From Candidatus Nezhaarchaeales archaeon (lineage in GTDB: Archaea; Thermoproteota; Methanomethylicia; Nezhaarchaeales; WYZ-LMO8): a DNA stretch of 64,000 bases. Where the stretch lies: positions 32,001 through 96,000 of the forward strand of contig JAWAKK010000001.1 of NCBI GenBank assembly GCA_038887515.1, in the 5' to 3' direction. The translations under genes were made by a program, and so were the position numbers. Shown here piece by piece: positions 17,809 to 28,165 of this stretch; position 1 is the first letter of the stretch; each line of letters begins with the position of its first letter. A model generated the notes under the pieces. The model worked only from the letters and a program-made list of their open reading frames with translations, did no database searches and had not been told where the DNA came from.

Positions 17809-18972
17809 TTGCCAGCTAACTTACCGGCTGAAGCAAAAGCCAAGTGGCTTAAGGTTCTCGAAGCCAAAGAACCTCATGAAAAACTGAAGGCATTACAAGA
17901 GTTTCTTTCATCAGTTCCACAACATAAGGGCACTGAGAAGCTTCGAGCTCAAGTAAGAGCCAAGATAGCGGCCCTTCGAAGAGAAATAGAAGAAAGGAAA
18001 TCCAAGAGAGCGGGTGGGGGTCTAAGAATATTCCCAGAGAAAGAGGGTGATGCCCAAGTCGTATTAGTAAGCGTTACCGGGGCTGGTAGAAGTAGCTTAC
18101 TCTGGGAGTTGACTAACGCGAGACCCGAGATAGCTTCTCGCCCATTTACGACTACAAAGCCAGTTCCTGGTATGTATATAAGCGATGGAGTCATGTACCA
18201 GCTAATCGAAGCTCCTCCGCTTGTTAGAGGGTCGGCCGAGGGTGAAGCGTGGGGTGCAATAATTATGACTTTAATTCGTAATGCGGATGGAGTAATAATA
18301 CTTCTTGACGCATCGAAGGATCTCCTCGATCAATATAGGCTCATAGTTGAAGAGTTGGAAAAATCTGGAATAACTCTGAAGAAACCTCGGGCGAAGATTG
18401 ACATAACGAGAGGCTCTGTTGGAGGAATTCAGGTAATAGTAAACGGCAGGCTAATCGACTGCACTGTTGACGAGGTCAAGAAGCTCTTCATGAGCTATAA
18501 GATGTTTAACTGTAAGATTCTAATAGATGGCGAAGCTTCTCTCGATGAAATTGAAGAAGCGATATTGGGAGGGAAGGTATACAAACCATCAATTGTAGTG
18601 GTTAATAAAATGGACTTATTATCAGATAGATCTTCACTTGAAGAGCTTAAGAAGGAGTGTAGCCCTCTTCCAGTAGTTGAGATTTCTTGTGCTACTGGCG
18701 AGGGTCTTGACAAGATAGGTAGAGCGTTATTTGAGCAACTTGAGCTAATAAGGATTTACACTAAAGAGCCTTGGGAGGAAAAGCCAGCAGTAAGACCTTT
18801 AGTTCTAAAGAAGGGCTCTACAATTAAGGACGTCGCTGAACAAATACATAGTAAGATGGCGGAGAACTTAAAGTATGCGAGGGTTTGGGGCTCTTCAGTT
18901 AAGCATCCGGGCGAGAAAGTTGGTCGCGACCACGCTTTAGCTGATGGAGATATCGTAGAGCTTAGGGCCTAG
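17809..18972 (+). CDS. DRG/OBG-family GTPase-like protein with TGS domain and degenerate G1/G3
   Basis: MPANLP.EAKAKW, PQHKGTEKL, PFTT, NKMD, IRIYTK and ARVWG.S.K..G.KVG..H.L.DGDIVE. Confidence 0.9.
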   Translation: MPANLPAEAKAKWLKVLEAKEPHEKLKALQEFLSSVPQHKGTEKLRAQVRAKIAALRREIEERKSKRAGGGLRIFPEKEGDAQVVLVSVTGAGRSSLLWELTNARPEIASRPFTTTKPVPGMYISDGVMYQLIEAPPLVRGSAEGEAWGAIIMTLIRNADGVIILLDASKDLLDQYRLIVEELEKSGITLKKPRAKIDITRGSVGGIQVIVNGRLIDCTVDEVKKLFMSYKMFNCKILIDGEASLDEIEEAILGGKVYKPSIVVVNKMDLLSDRSSLEELKKECSPLPVVEISCATGEGLDKIGRALFEQLELIRIYTKEPWEEKPAVRPLVLKKGSTIKDVAEQIHSKMAENLKYARVWGSSVKHPGEKVGRDHALADGDIVELRA

Positions 18973-18973
18973 G

Positions 18974-19195
18974 CTACCTTAGGGCTTCGCCTATAGCAAA
19001 CCTAGGTCTAACGCTGACGATCTTAACTCTAAGTCTTTCTCCGACCTTAGCGCCAGGAACCAGTACAACAAAGCCTTTTATTCTAGCTACACCTTCTCCT
19101 CTTTGATTAACACTTTCAATACTTACATGGTAAACTTCGTTCTCTTTTACGGGTGGGTTTTTTAAAGAACTTCTTTTGCCCCTCTTAGTCACCAA
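18974..19195 (-). CDS. Single-TRAM-domain RNA-binding protein
   Basis: PPVKENEVYHVSIE....GEGVARIKGFVVLVPG..VGE..RVKI. Confidence 0.9.
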   Translation of the reverse strand: MVTKRGKRSSLKNPPVKENEVYHVSIESVNQRGEGVARIKGFVVLVPGAKVGERLRVKIVSVRPRFAIGEALR

Positions 19196-19354
19196 CTGAA
19201 CCTCCGCACTGTCTCCATCGAGCAGACAACTCCTTTTCGAAGGTCTTTTCTAACTCCTCAATATTTAAACTGTTCTGATAGCTAACTTAGCTTAAGCTTT
19301 ATCTCTTTGTAAAGAGAGTTTAAGCGTCAAAGGAAGGGTGGAGAGAGGAGTTAA

Positions 19355-20668
19355 ATGAGACTTCACAATCCAGAGTGGAAGACTCACAGTACTAGAGATG
19401 TACTTCGGTTATCTGAAGGCTTGACCGTAAAAATTGCGGGTTGGGTTCATGTCATCAGAGATCTAGGCGGTATAATTTTCTTACTAGTGAGGGATTCAGA
19501 TGGTCTAATTCAGGTATTAGCTTCCAAGTCCGAGCTCGACGACGAAACCTTCAATAAACTCAAAGAGGTTAAGCCAGAGACCGTCCTATCAATTGAAGGG
19601 GTTGTCAAAAAGTCGCCTAAGGCCCCTGAAGGCGTTGAAATAAAGGCAAAATCAGTAATCGTGCTCAACAGAGCATCAGTACCTTCACACTTAGAGCCCA
19701 GTAGCAGGGGCAAACTCAGTCTCGACGAAAGGCTTGACAATAGGGTCGTGGACTTAAGGAAACCACGAAACATGCTTATATTCAAGTTTCAATCCGCCCT
19801 CTTAAGATACATAAGAGAGTTTCTTAATGAGAAGGGCTTCATAGAAGTCTTCACTCCAAAACTCATAGCTACCGCAACTGAAGGTGGAGCGGCCCTATTT
19901 CCAATTGCGTACTTTGATATGGAGGCTTTCTTAGCTCAAAGCCCACAACTCTACAAGGAGCAGTTGTCTTCAGTCTTTGAGAAGGTCTACGAGATAGGTC
20001 CACTTTTTAGGGCTGAAGAGTCGCAGACGGATAGGCACGTCTCTGAATACATAGGGGTGGACGTGGAGGTGGCGTTCGCGACATGTGAAGAGGTTATGGA
20101 GCTACTTGAAGAAATGCTTACGTATAGCGTTTCAAAAACGATTAATGAACTCGAAGACGAGCTGAAGAGATGTGGGTTCAGTTGTCTCGTACCCGAAAAA
20201 CCATTTCCAAGAATAACGTATAATGAAGTCATATCAATTCTAGCTAAAAAGGGCGTTAAGATGGAGTGGGGAGAGGACCTATCAACCGAAGCCGAAAGAA
20301 AGCTTGGCGAGCACTTTAAGGGGCCTTACTTCATAACTGAGTGGCCCACAAGAACCAAACCATTCTACATAATGCCGAGACCAGAGAACCCTGATGTTAG
20401 TCTCTCGTTTGACTTAATGATAGGAAGGATGGAGATAGCTTCGGGAGGACAACGAATTCACGATAAGGACCTCTTAATATCGCGCTTAAAGAACTCAGGA
20501 CTTGAGCCTGAATCTTTTAAGCATCACTTGAAGTGTTATGATTGGGGCATGCCTCCTCACGCCGGCTGGGGTCTTGGACTAGCACGTTTGGTAATGTCGT
20601 TACTTGGATTAAATGATATAAGAGAAGCAATACTTTATCCAAGAGATAGGCGGAGACTTATCCCTTAA
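19355..20668 (+). CDS. aspS: Aspartyl-tRNA synthetase, probably non-discriminating (Asp/Asn)
   Basis: GWVH..RDLGG, KAPEG.E loop, [26 protein letters not shown] and [11 protein letters not shown]; gatCAB is in the window. Confidence 0.95.
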   Translation: MRLHNPEWKTHSTRDVLRLSEGLTVKIAGWVHVIRDLGGIIFLLVRDSDGLIQVLASKSELDDETFNKLKEVKPETVLSIEGVVKKSPKAPEGVEIKAKSVIVLNRASVPSHLEPSSRGKLSLDERLDNRVVDLRKPRNMLIFKFQSALLRYIREFLNEKGFIEVFTPKLIATATEGGAALFPIAYFDMEAFLAQSPQLYKEQLSSVFEKVYEIGPLFRAEESQTDRHVSEYIGVDVEVAFATCEEVMELLEEMLTYSVSKTINELEDELKRCGFSCLVPEKPFPRITYNEVISILAKKGVKMEWGEDLSTEAERKLGEHFKGPYFITEWPTRTKPFYIMPRPENPDVSLSFDLMIGRMEIASGGQRIHDKDLLISRLKNSGLEPESFKHHLKCYDWGMPPHAGWGLGLARLVMSLLGLNDIREAILYPRDRRRLIP

Positions 20669-20783
20669 CGAGACTTAAGTTTATAAAGATCTTGCGATTA
20701 GAAATCTACTAACCTTCTATTAAGCTACGAGTCCGTTGCTCGAAGTTGATTAAATGAGAGGAATGATGATAGAGGTCGACGCT

Positions 20784-22334
20784 ATGGTGGGCTTCACGCA
20801 ACTCTCAGTGTCGGATTGGTTCTATAGGAATAGGTATATAGCCGGGTTTAGTAATCCAGCTCGATCGTTATATCAAGCAGTTAGGGAACTTGTTGAAAAT
20901 AGCCTAGATGCTTGCGAAGCTGCAGGCAACTTACCCTACATAACCGTCGATCTTAAGTTGATGAGTGAGCGTAAAACCCCCAAGGTCTATAAGTTAACGG
21001 TTTCAGATAATGGAACTGGAATACCTCCACAATACGTTCCACAAGCTTTCTGTACGGTGCTCTTCGGCAATAAGTTTGAGCTAAAGCAACATCGAGGACT
21101 TTTCGGTCTTGGAGCTAAGATGGCGGTCTTATATTCTCAAATTACTACTTACAAGCCCATCGAAGTGACTACGTGTCATGATGGTCAGATGGAATATGAG
21201 TTCATGTTGCAAATGGACCTTAAAAACAATAAGCCTATTGTTCTCTCGACTAAGTCTCGAAAACTTCGAAGAGCTAAGACGGGGACCACAGTTACTCTAT
21301 ACCTTGTTGGGGATTACGATCGTAGCTTAGGTTCGAGAACGACAGGTGAGCTGATAGTCGAGTATTTAAAGCTCACGACGGTCGCTAATCCTCATGCAAC
21401 TATAGTCTTCTCAGACCCTTACGGTAACGTTCACAAGTTTGAGAGGTCTGTCGAAAAATTACCACCATTACCGAAAGAGACTGCACCACATCCTCATGGT
21501 ATTGATGCTGAAATGCTTAAAAGATTGATAGAGAGCAGTAGGGACACTAACCTTCAAACATTCCTCTATAAAAACTTCGATAGAGTGGGACCCAAAAAAG
21601 CATTGGAGTTCCTAAGGTGGGCTGGTTTTGACCCTAGTAAGGATATAAAGGAGCTATCTAATGAAGAGGTTGTTAAGCTCGCCAATGCCCTTAAGGCATA
21701 TGATAAATTCCTTCCGCCATCGCCCAATGTATTGAGCCCTATAGGAGCCGAAGAATTGAAAACTGCAATAGTGAAGCTTTTCAGCCCTGAGTTTGTCAAG
21801 ACCGTTACGAGACCGCCGAAATCGTACTCCGGGTATCCATTTCAGGTAGAGACCGGAATTGCCTATGGAGGTCCGATAATAGAAAAAGTGTGTAATGAAG
21901 AGGGTAACTTCAGGCTAATCTTTAGGTTTGCGAATAAGATACCCTTGCTATTCGACGAGAGGGGAGACGTCTGTAGAAAAGTTGTGGACAGCATGAACTG
22001 GAGACAGTATAGGATTGACGATACGACGCCAATAGCAATTTTCGTGCACGTATGCTCAACAAGGGTACCTTACAAAACGGCTGGAAAAGAGATGATAGCT
22101 GACGTCGAAGAAATAGAGGAAGAGATAAAATTGGCGCTGATGGAGTGCGCCCGCGAAGTTCGAAAGTATATATACAGAAAGCTTAAGGCTGAGAGGGAAC
22201 AAGAGAGGCTCGCGCTCTTTAAAGCATACATAACCGAGATAGCTGAAGACCTTGTTAGGGTAGTGAAAGAGGACAAGCATAAGCTTATGGAATCTATGTG
22301 GAAGGTGGTGCTGAAACGTGACAAGTCAAGATAG
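20784..22334 (+). CDS. top6B: DNA topoisomerase VI subunit B
   Basis: ELVENSLDA, DNGTGI, QHRGLFGLGAK, PHPHG, RFANKIPL and STRVPYK.AGKE; ATG 20784 follows GAGGT. Confidence 0.96.
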   Translation: MVGFTQLSVSDWFYRNRYIAGFSNPARSLYQAVRELVENSLDACEAAGNLPYITVDLKLMSERKTPKVYKLTVSDNGTGIPPQYVPQAFCTVLFGNKFELKQHRGLFGLGAKMAVLYSQITTYKPIEVTTCHDGQMEYEFMLQMDLKNNKPIVLSTKSRKLRRAKTGTTVTLYLVGDYDRSLGSRTTGELIVEYLKLTTVANPHATIVFSDPYGNVHKFERSVEKLPPLPKETAPHPHGIDAEMLKRLIESSRDTNLQTFLYKNFDRVGPKKALEFLRWAGFDPSKDIKELSNEEVVKLANALKAYDKFLPPSPNVLSPIGAEELKTAIVKLFSPEFVKTVTRPPKSYSGYPFQVETGIAYGGPIIEKVCNEEGNFRLIFRFANKIPLLFDERGDVCRKVVDSMNWRQYRIDDTTPIAIFVHVCSTRVPYKTAGKEMIADVEEIEEEIKLALMECAREVRKYIYRKLKAEREQERLALFKAYITEIAEDLVRVVKEDKHKLMESMWKVVLKRDKSR

Positions 22335-23424
22335 TGGGGGAAGGGACTGGATAACAGAAAGAATAGTAAAGCTCCTCGAGAAGTCAGTTCTAAAACCGCT
22401 TAAAGTCGAGAAGGTACCGTACTTCGAGATGCTGGCTAGGACCAGGGACAACGTATACATAGACCAAGAGTTGCAAGTAATAAGGCTCGGAAACAAGAAG
22501 GTGAAAAGGAGACTTAACGACATAGAAGAAGCCAAGACGTTCATGAGGACTGTGCTAATTGCTGCGATAATATACGAAGCAATCAAACATAATAAGTATC
22601 CTACGATTAGGGACGTCTTCTACGACGCAAAACATACGATACCTGGAACGGACATTGATACTGTCGACGTCCAAGCAGAGTCAGACAATATAATAGAGGA
22701 CTTGGAGGTCATGCTTGGAGCTAGCAGGGAAGAGATGGGTCTTCAAACGGATGTAAAGTGTAAGGTCGTAGGCCTTATGAGGGTTAGGAGTGGGCGGGAT
22801 ATAATAGATTGCTCAAGACAAGGCGAAGGAGGTGCTTACACCCCTCCTTCAAACGTTGATAGGCTTGAATTCCTTGAGGTTAATGCTGAGTATGTCTTGG
22901 TGGTCGAGAAGGACGCTGTTTTCAATACCTTAAACATGGAGAGGTACTGGGAGAAGAACAAATGCGTACTAGTAACGGCCGGTGGCCAGCCAGATAGACC
23001 TGCAAGGAGACTGGTAAAGAGATTAAATGAAGAGCTTGGCTTGCCCGTTTATGTCTTAACAGATGCAGATCCTTACGGGTTCTACATATATAGCGTTTAC
23101 CGAATAGGGTCAATAACGCTTTCTCATGAAAGCGTTAGGTTGGCGTGCCCGAAAGCTAGATTTATAGGAGTAACTGTAAGCGACATTTACGAATACAACC
23201 TACCCAAGAACGTTATAATTAAGGCAAAAGAGGCAGATATAAAGAGAGCCAAAGAATTGAAGGGTTATCCATGGTTTGGATCACCAGCATGGCAAAAGGA
23301 ACTTGACATCTTTCTTGAAAAGAAGGAAAAAGCCGAGATAGAGGCTCTCAGCTCAAAGAGCTTAGGCTTCTTGGAGGAGAGGTACCTCCCTGAGAAAATT
23401 AAAAGTGGACATTACATCGTATAG
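22318..23424 (+). CDS. top6A: DNA topoisomerase VI subunit A
   Basis: TIRDVFY (catalytic Tyr), VEKDAVF, GQPD, TDADPYG (TOPRIM) and KAEIEAL. Confidence 0.96.
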   Translation: MTSQDSGGRDWITERIVKLLEKSVLKPLKVEKVPYFEMLARTRDNVYIDQELQVIRLGNKKVKRRLNDIEEAKTFMRTVLIAAIIYEAIKHNKYPTIRDVFYDAKHTIPGTDIDTVDVQAESDNIIEDLEVMLGASREEMGLQTDVKCKVVGLMRVRSGRDIIDCSRQGEGGAYTPPSNVDRLEFLEVNAEYVLVVEKDAVFNTLNMERYWEKNKCVLVTAGGQPDRPARRLVKRLNEELGLPVYVLTDADPYGFYIYSVYRIGSITLSHESVRLACPKARFIGVTVSDIYEYNLPKNVIIKAKEADIKRAKELKGYPWFGSPAWQKELDIFLEKKEKAEIEALSSKSLGFLEERYLPEKIKSGHYIV

Positions 23425-23582
23425 GTCTCTAAGGCGACTCAATGAACGTCATCACAAACTTTAAATTACTTTGCCCATTTAACCTTAAAGTAGGAAGTCG
23501 TAAAAGATTATAGGATTACGAAGCATAGTAGGGCGATATATAAAGCTAGTAAGAATATGCTGTGATAAGTGGGGTTTGAGCT

Positions 23583-23855
23583 TTGGTTAGGCTTAATTTT
23601 GAAGATGGATACGAAATCGCCAAGTTCATAGCTAAAGGTATCGACCTTACTAAGCTCCAGAAGGTGCACGAAATTTTAAAGAAGGCATTAACGTGCTTTG
23701 CTGACGAAAGCGACGAAAGGGACTTCATGCTAGGCCTCGTAGAAGGTCTAGGTGAAATAGCCAAGCTTAGAGAAGAGATAGCGAGACTAATTAATGTGGC
23801 GAAGTCTATAGGAATAACGATCGAGGTCAACGTGAAATACGACGAGGAAACATGA
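23583..23855 (+). CDS. Small helical hypothetical protein
   Basis: 90-codon ORF with GGGGT SD-like sequence upstream, amphipathic helices and a T-run after the stop. Confidence 0.6.
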   Translation: MVRLNFEDGYEIAKFIAKGIDLTKLQKVHEILKKALTCFADESDERDFMLGLVEGLGEIAKLREEIARLINVAKSIGITIEVNVKYDEET

Positions 23856-24029
23856 GAATCACCTTTTTACATGCAACTAACATTGAAGATACGATGTAAT
23901 TCTACTATAAAGTTCTGTAAATCTTTACATTCTATTAGACTTACTAAATTCTGGAACCTGCTTAACTAAGAATATTTAATTCAGTCTTCCTGTAGGATAC
24001 TGAACCTTAGCAGATGAGGGGTATTCGAG

Positions 24030-25637
24030 TTGAAGGAGCATTGGCTCGACGAGTTCGTATCGAAAGTCTTAGAGTACTCTAAGGAGCACATAGTGGCTAG
24101 TGGGACATCTATCTCAGGCTCAGCGCACATCGGTAATGTAGCTGACCCACTGTATGCGCACGCAATTGCAGAAGAGATAAAACGAAGAGGGGGAAAAGCC
24201 ATGTCTTTGTGGATTGCCGATGACATGGATCCTCTCGATAGCGTACCCCCATCAATATCGGATAGTTTTAAAATGTACTTGGGCATGCCGTACGTAGACA
24301 TCCCAGACCCTTATAGATGTTGTCGAAGTTGGGCCGAACACTTCACTCAAGAATTCTTGGACGTCATTGAGAAGTTAGGGCTTGATGTAAAGTACCTTTC
24401 AGGAGCAGTAATGTACCGTAATGGTACATATTTACCTTGGATAAGGATATCGATTGAAAAAGCGGCACTCATAAGGAGCATACTGCTGAAGGTCAGTGGA
24501 ACTTCGAAGCCAAGCGACTGGCTTCCGTACATGCCTGTATGCGAAAAGTGCGGTAAGGTAGGAACTACATATGCTTACGACTTTCAGGGGGACAAAGTTC
24601 TTTACGTGTGCAACGTTGATGTGGGCTATGCTAAGGGGTGTGGCTACCAAGGCGAGTGCGACGTTAAAGAAGGCAGAGGTAAGCTACAGTGGAGAGTTGA
24701 GTGGGCCGCTAGATGGGCGGCTCTTAGCGTTACCATAGAGCCTTTCGGTAAAGAACATGCAGCGGCGGGCGGCTCCTACGATACTAGCAAGCTGATAGTC
24801 AAAGAAGTATTTGGCAAGGACCCTCCAATACCGTTAACGTACGAGCACGTGATGATCGGTGGTAAGAAAATGTCTAAGTCAAAGGGCAACGTATTTACGC
24901 CGTCTCAATGGTTTGAAGTAGCTCCTCCTCAAACTCTAAAGTTCTTCTTCTTCAGAGTCCATCCCATGAGGCATAAGGACTTCAGAGTTGAAGATTTACC
25001 AAACCTCGTAGCCGAATACGAAAAAGCTGAAAGGATATATTATGACTTCGAAAAAATCAAGGATCCAAAACTAATGGCCCTAGCTAAGAGGAACTATGAG
25101 CTCTCTCAAATAGGTAGACCTAGCCCAATAATGCCCATACAGTTGCCCTATGACTTTGCAGTAGTCTTGGTACAACTGTATCCTGATATCAAGATCGAGA
25201 GGCTGCTTGAAATCTTAAAGCTGACAGGCCATCTGTGGAGAGAGCCTTCAGGGGAGGATATCGAAAGGCTGTTAACAAGGCTAAGACATGCATCGACTTG
25301 GGTTAAGAAGTATGCCAGCGAAAACGCTAAGGTAAAGTTACTAGACGATCCGTCAATTGTAAGTAGCTTACTGTCAGATAAGCAGAGGGAAGCCCTAACT
25401 AAAGCTGCTAATATACTGCTCCAAAAAGAATGGGATTTGAACGAGCTCAATAACGAATTCTTCGAAATCTCAAAATCCATAGGCTTACCTCCTCCTCAAT
25501 TCTTTGAAGCCGCATACTTGGCGTTAATGGGAAGAAGATCCGGCCCTAGACTCGTGAACTTCATAGCTGCAATAGGGAAAGATAAGGTAGCCAAAAGATT
25601 CCTTATTGCTGCAGGGCATCAGAAGTTTTGGCAATAG
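24030..25637 (+). CDS. lysS: Lysyl-tRNA synthetase, class I
   Basis: SG..HIGN, KLQWRVEWAARW, EPFGKEH, KMSKSKGN and GPRL. Confidence 0.96.
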   Translation: MKEHWLDEFVSKVLEYSKEHIVASGTSISGSAHIGNVADPLYAHAIAEEIKRRGGKAMSLWIADDMDPLDSVPPSISDSFKMYLGMPYVDIPDPYRCCRSWAEHFTQEFLDVIEKLGLDVKYLSGAVMYRNGTYLPWIRISIEKAALIRSILLKVSGTSKPSDWLPYMPVCEKCGKVGTTYAYDFQGDKVLYVCNVDVGYAKGCGYQGECDVKEGRGKLQWRVEWAARWAALSVTIEPFGKEHAAAGGSYDTSKLIVKEVFGKDPPIPLTYEHVMIGGKKMSKSKGNVFTPSQWFEVAPPQTLKFFFFRVHPMRHKDFRVEDLPNLVAEYEKAERIYYDFEKIKDPKLMALAKRNYELSQIGRPSPIMPIQLPYDFAVVLVQLYPDIKIERLLEILKLTGHLWREPSGEDIERLLTRLRHASTWVKKYASENAKVKLLDDPSIVSSLLSDKQREALTKAANILLQKEWDLNELNNEFFEISKSIGLPPPQFFEAAYLALMGRRSGPRLVNFIAAIGKDKVAKRFLIAAGHQKFWQ

Positions 25638-25835
25638 TCCTTACAAGTAAAGGGCGAACTATCCCTCTTGGCTAGGCAAACCTCACTCTTGCCAATCAAT
25701 AAACCTCAAGGATACGCGATATCCAGCAAAGCCCTATGGCTCAATTAACATCACATATGTTTAATTCCCTTTTGGTAAGCCTTATTAGCTAGGTTAGCTT
25801 AAGCTTGCGAAGTAGTCAGATGCGAGGTGGAACGA

Positions 25836-27914
25836 ATGTACTGGCTCGCTCTCCTAGCTTCTTGTGTAGCCCTAATTGTTGCAGCAGTTATAGTAATCAC
25901 GACACTATCTAAGCCTAAAGGCAGTGAACGTATGGTTGAAATTTACGAAGCCATTAAACAAGGAGCCAAAGCTTATCTAAGCAGGCAGTACAAGACCCTC
26001 TTTGTCTTCATAGTTCTACTGTCCCTAGCATTCGCCATAGCCGTAGACTACAGTTTTTTCATGGCTGGGCGCTATCCGTCATACTTTCCATACATTGGAT
26101 TATCGTTCTTAATTGGTTCTCTGCTCTCAGCCATGGCTGGTTACGTGGGAATGAGGGTCGCAGTGGAGTGCAATGTTAGGACTGCTTACGCAGCTACTAG
26201 CGGTTTAAGAGCGGCTCTAAGTACCTCCTTTAGAGGAGGGCTGGTCATGGGCCTCTGCATGGTAGGGTTTGCCCTTCTAGGGGTTACGCTATTCTATCAA
26301 GCATATGGTATGAACCCATCTCTCTTTGCCGGCTTTGGGTTTGGCGGAAGCCTCGTCGCTCTCTTTGCAAGAATTGGTGGAGGTATATACACTAAGTCGG
26401 CTGATGTAGGAGCAGATTTAGTGGGCAAGATAGAAGCAGGAATACCTGAAGACGATCCTAGAAATCCTGCTGTAATAGCTGATGCTGTCGGAGACAACGT
26501 CGGCGACGTGGCCGGGATGGCTGCGGACGTATTTGAGACTTATGCTGTTACGTTAATAGGGGCAATGTTGTTAGGATGGCCTCTATATTCTCAGACTAAG
26601 AACATTGCCTTCCTAGAGTACCCGCTGATTTTAGGTGCCATAGCCATCTTCGCAACAATTATTGGATCACTATTTGTAAGGGTTAAGGGGGAGGGGGATC
26701 CAACCTCGGCTATATTTAAAGGTATAACCACTACAGTGATTTTAGCCATAATAGGGTTCTTCTATGCAACTTGGCAACTATTTGGTTCTCTCGAGTTATT
26801 CTACGCAGCTATGATAGGAGTAGTCATAGTAATTCTACTCGCCGTATTTACCATATATTATACTTCATACAAGTACTCGCCTACTAAGGCGATAGCCGAG
26901 GCATCTCAAGCAGGGCCAGCTATAAACATAATAAGGGGGCTGGCTAACGGTCTTGAGAGCTCTTTTCTCCCAATACTGGTCATAGCGTTAGGTGTGATAG
27001 GGGCCTATTGGCTTGCTGGAGGCGTTGGTAATGTCGCTATGGGAATGTATGGAGTAGCCGTAGCAGCCATGTCAATGCTCTCTGTGGCTGGAATAATAGT
27101 TTCTGTGGATGCCTATGGACCTATAGTCGATAATGCCGGTGGCATTGCCGAAATGGCAGGTTTAGATCCTAAGGTCAGAGAAGTTACCGACGTTCTCGAT
27201 GCTGTAGGTAATACTACTAAGGCCTTGACCAAGACTTTTGCCATAGGCAGTGCGGGCTTGGCGGCACTTTCACTTCTATTAGCTTACATCGAGGAGGTTA
27301 TGGGCTATACAAATATCGATCTAAGCACGCTCTCTGCGGAATTATCGCTTACTCGACCAGGCGTAGTTTTGGGCTTACTGCTGGGAGGAGGCCTAGTATT
27401 CCTGTTTGCAGCGTTCTGCATGAAGGCGGTGGGCAAGGGGGCTTTCAGTATGGTATCTGAGGTTAGGAGGCAGTTCAAGGAAATACCAGGCATCTTAGAT
27501 GGAAAAGCTAAGCCCGATTACGCTAAATGTGTGGACATAGCTACACGCACAGCGTTAAGGAGTATGGCGTTACCGGGAGCTTTAGTAGTTCTTAGCCCAA
27601 TAATTATAGGCTTCGTATTCGGCCCTTACGCTCTTGCCGGTCTTTTGATAGGAAGCATCATCGCGGGCCTAGCGCTTGCCTTGATGATGGCCAACGGAGG
27701 GGCTGCATGGGATAATGCGAAGAAGTACATTGAGACTGGAGCTTTTGGAGGGAAACGTTCACCAGCTCATGCAGCTGCCGTGGTCGGAGACACCGTTGGA
27801 GATCCATGCAAAGATACAGCAGGTCCGGCCATCAACCCAATGATAAAAGCAATAAACATGATTTCGATAATTTTTGCAGGACTTATAGTAATGCTGGCCA
27901 TTTTGTCTATCTAA
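25836..27914 (+). CDS. hppA: Membrane-bound H+-translocating pyrophosphatase, predicted K+-independent
   Basis: GGIYTKSADVGADLVGKIE, EDDPRN, GDNVGD, GNTTKA (Lys determinant) and GDTVGDPCKD; many transmembrane segments. Confidence 0.95.
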   Translation: MYWLALLASCVALIVAAVIVITTLSKPKGSERMVEIYEAIKQGAKAYLSRQYKTLFVFIVLLSLAFAIAVDYSFFMAGRYPSYFPYIGLSFLIGSLLSAMAGYVGMRVAVECNVRTAYAATSGLRAALSTSFRGGLVMGLCMVGFALLGVTLFYQAYGMNPSLFAGFGFGGSLVALFARIGGGIYTKSADVGADLVGKIEAGIPEDDPRNPAVIADAVGDNVGDVAGMAADVFETYAVTLIGAMLLGWPLYSQTKNIAFLEYPLILGAIAIFATIIGSLFVRVKGEGDPTSAIFKGITTTVILAIIGFFYATWQLFGSLELFYAAMIGVVIVILLAVFTIYYTSYKYSPTKAIAEASQAGPAINIIRGLANGLESSFLPILVIALGVIGAYWLAGGVGNVAMGMYGVAVAAMSMLSVAGIIVSVDAYGPIVDNAGGIAEMAGLDPKVREVTDVLDAVGNTTKALTKTFAIGSAGLAALSLLLAYIEEVMGYTNIDLSTLSAELSLTRPGVVLGLLLGGGLVFLFAAFCMKAVGKGAFSMVSEVRRQFKEIPGILDGKAKPDYAKCVDIATRTALRSMALPGALVVLSPIIIGFVFGPYALAGLLIGSIIAGLALALMMANGGAAWDNAKKYIETGAFGGKRSPAHAAAVVGDTVGDPCKDTAGPAINPMIKAINMISIIFAGLIVMLAILSI

Positions 27915-28058
27915 TCATACTCATTTTTTACATCGAGTATTAAGGTAAATTTAGCAGGGTATTAACTAGGCAATTCGACGTTTAAAGTAGTAGTGCTTAC
28001 CAGCTCATCTTTGCATATAGAGTTTAATACCCACATCACGCAAGAGCGAGGAGACATG

Positions 28059-28066
28059 TTTAAATA
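28059..28066 (+). promoter_or_regulatory. TATA box of the second TRAM gene
   Basis: Consensus TTTAAATA 100 nt upstream of ATG 28166. Confidence 0.65.
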
Positions 28067-28095
28067 CCTCTTCCCCCCTTTGAGGGAACAACTAC

Positions 28096-28137
28096 CTCTA
28101 GGGGTGTAAGCCTCCTTTTTGGTTTGCACTCCTGGAG
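28096..28137 (+). promoter_or_regulatory. 17-bp RNA hairpin in the predicted 5' UTR of the TRAM gene
   Basis: CUCUAGGGGUGUAAGCC-[UCCUUUUU]-GGUUUGCACUCCUGGAG pairs fully when 4 G.U wobbles are allowed. Confidence 0.75.
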
Positions 28138-28165
28138 AGAACTCTAAGGCGAGGTGAAAACGAAA

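Noticed and set aside
23449-23455. Perfect box C (GTGATGA) on the minus strand after top6A
   Set aside because: No CTGA box D at a suitable distance and no terminal stem.
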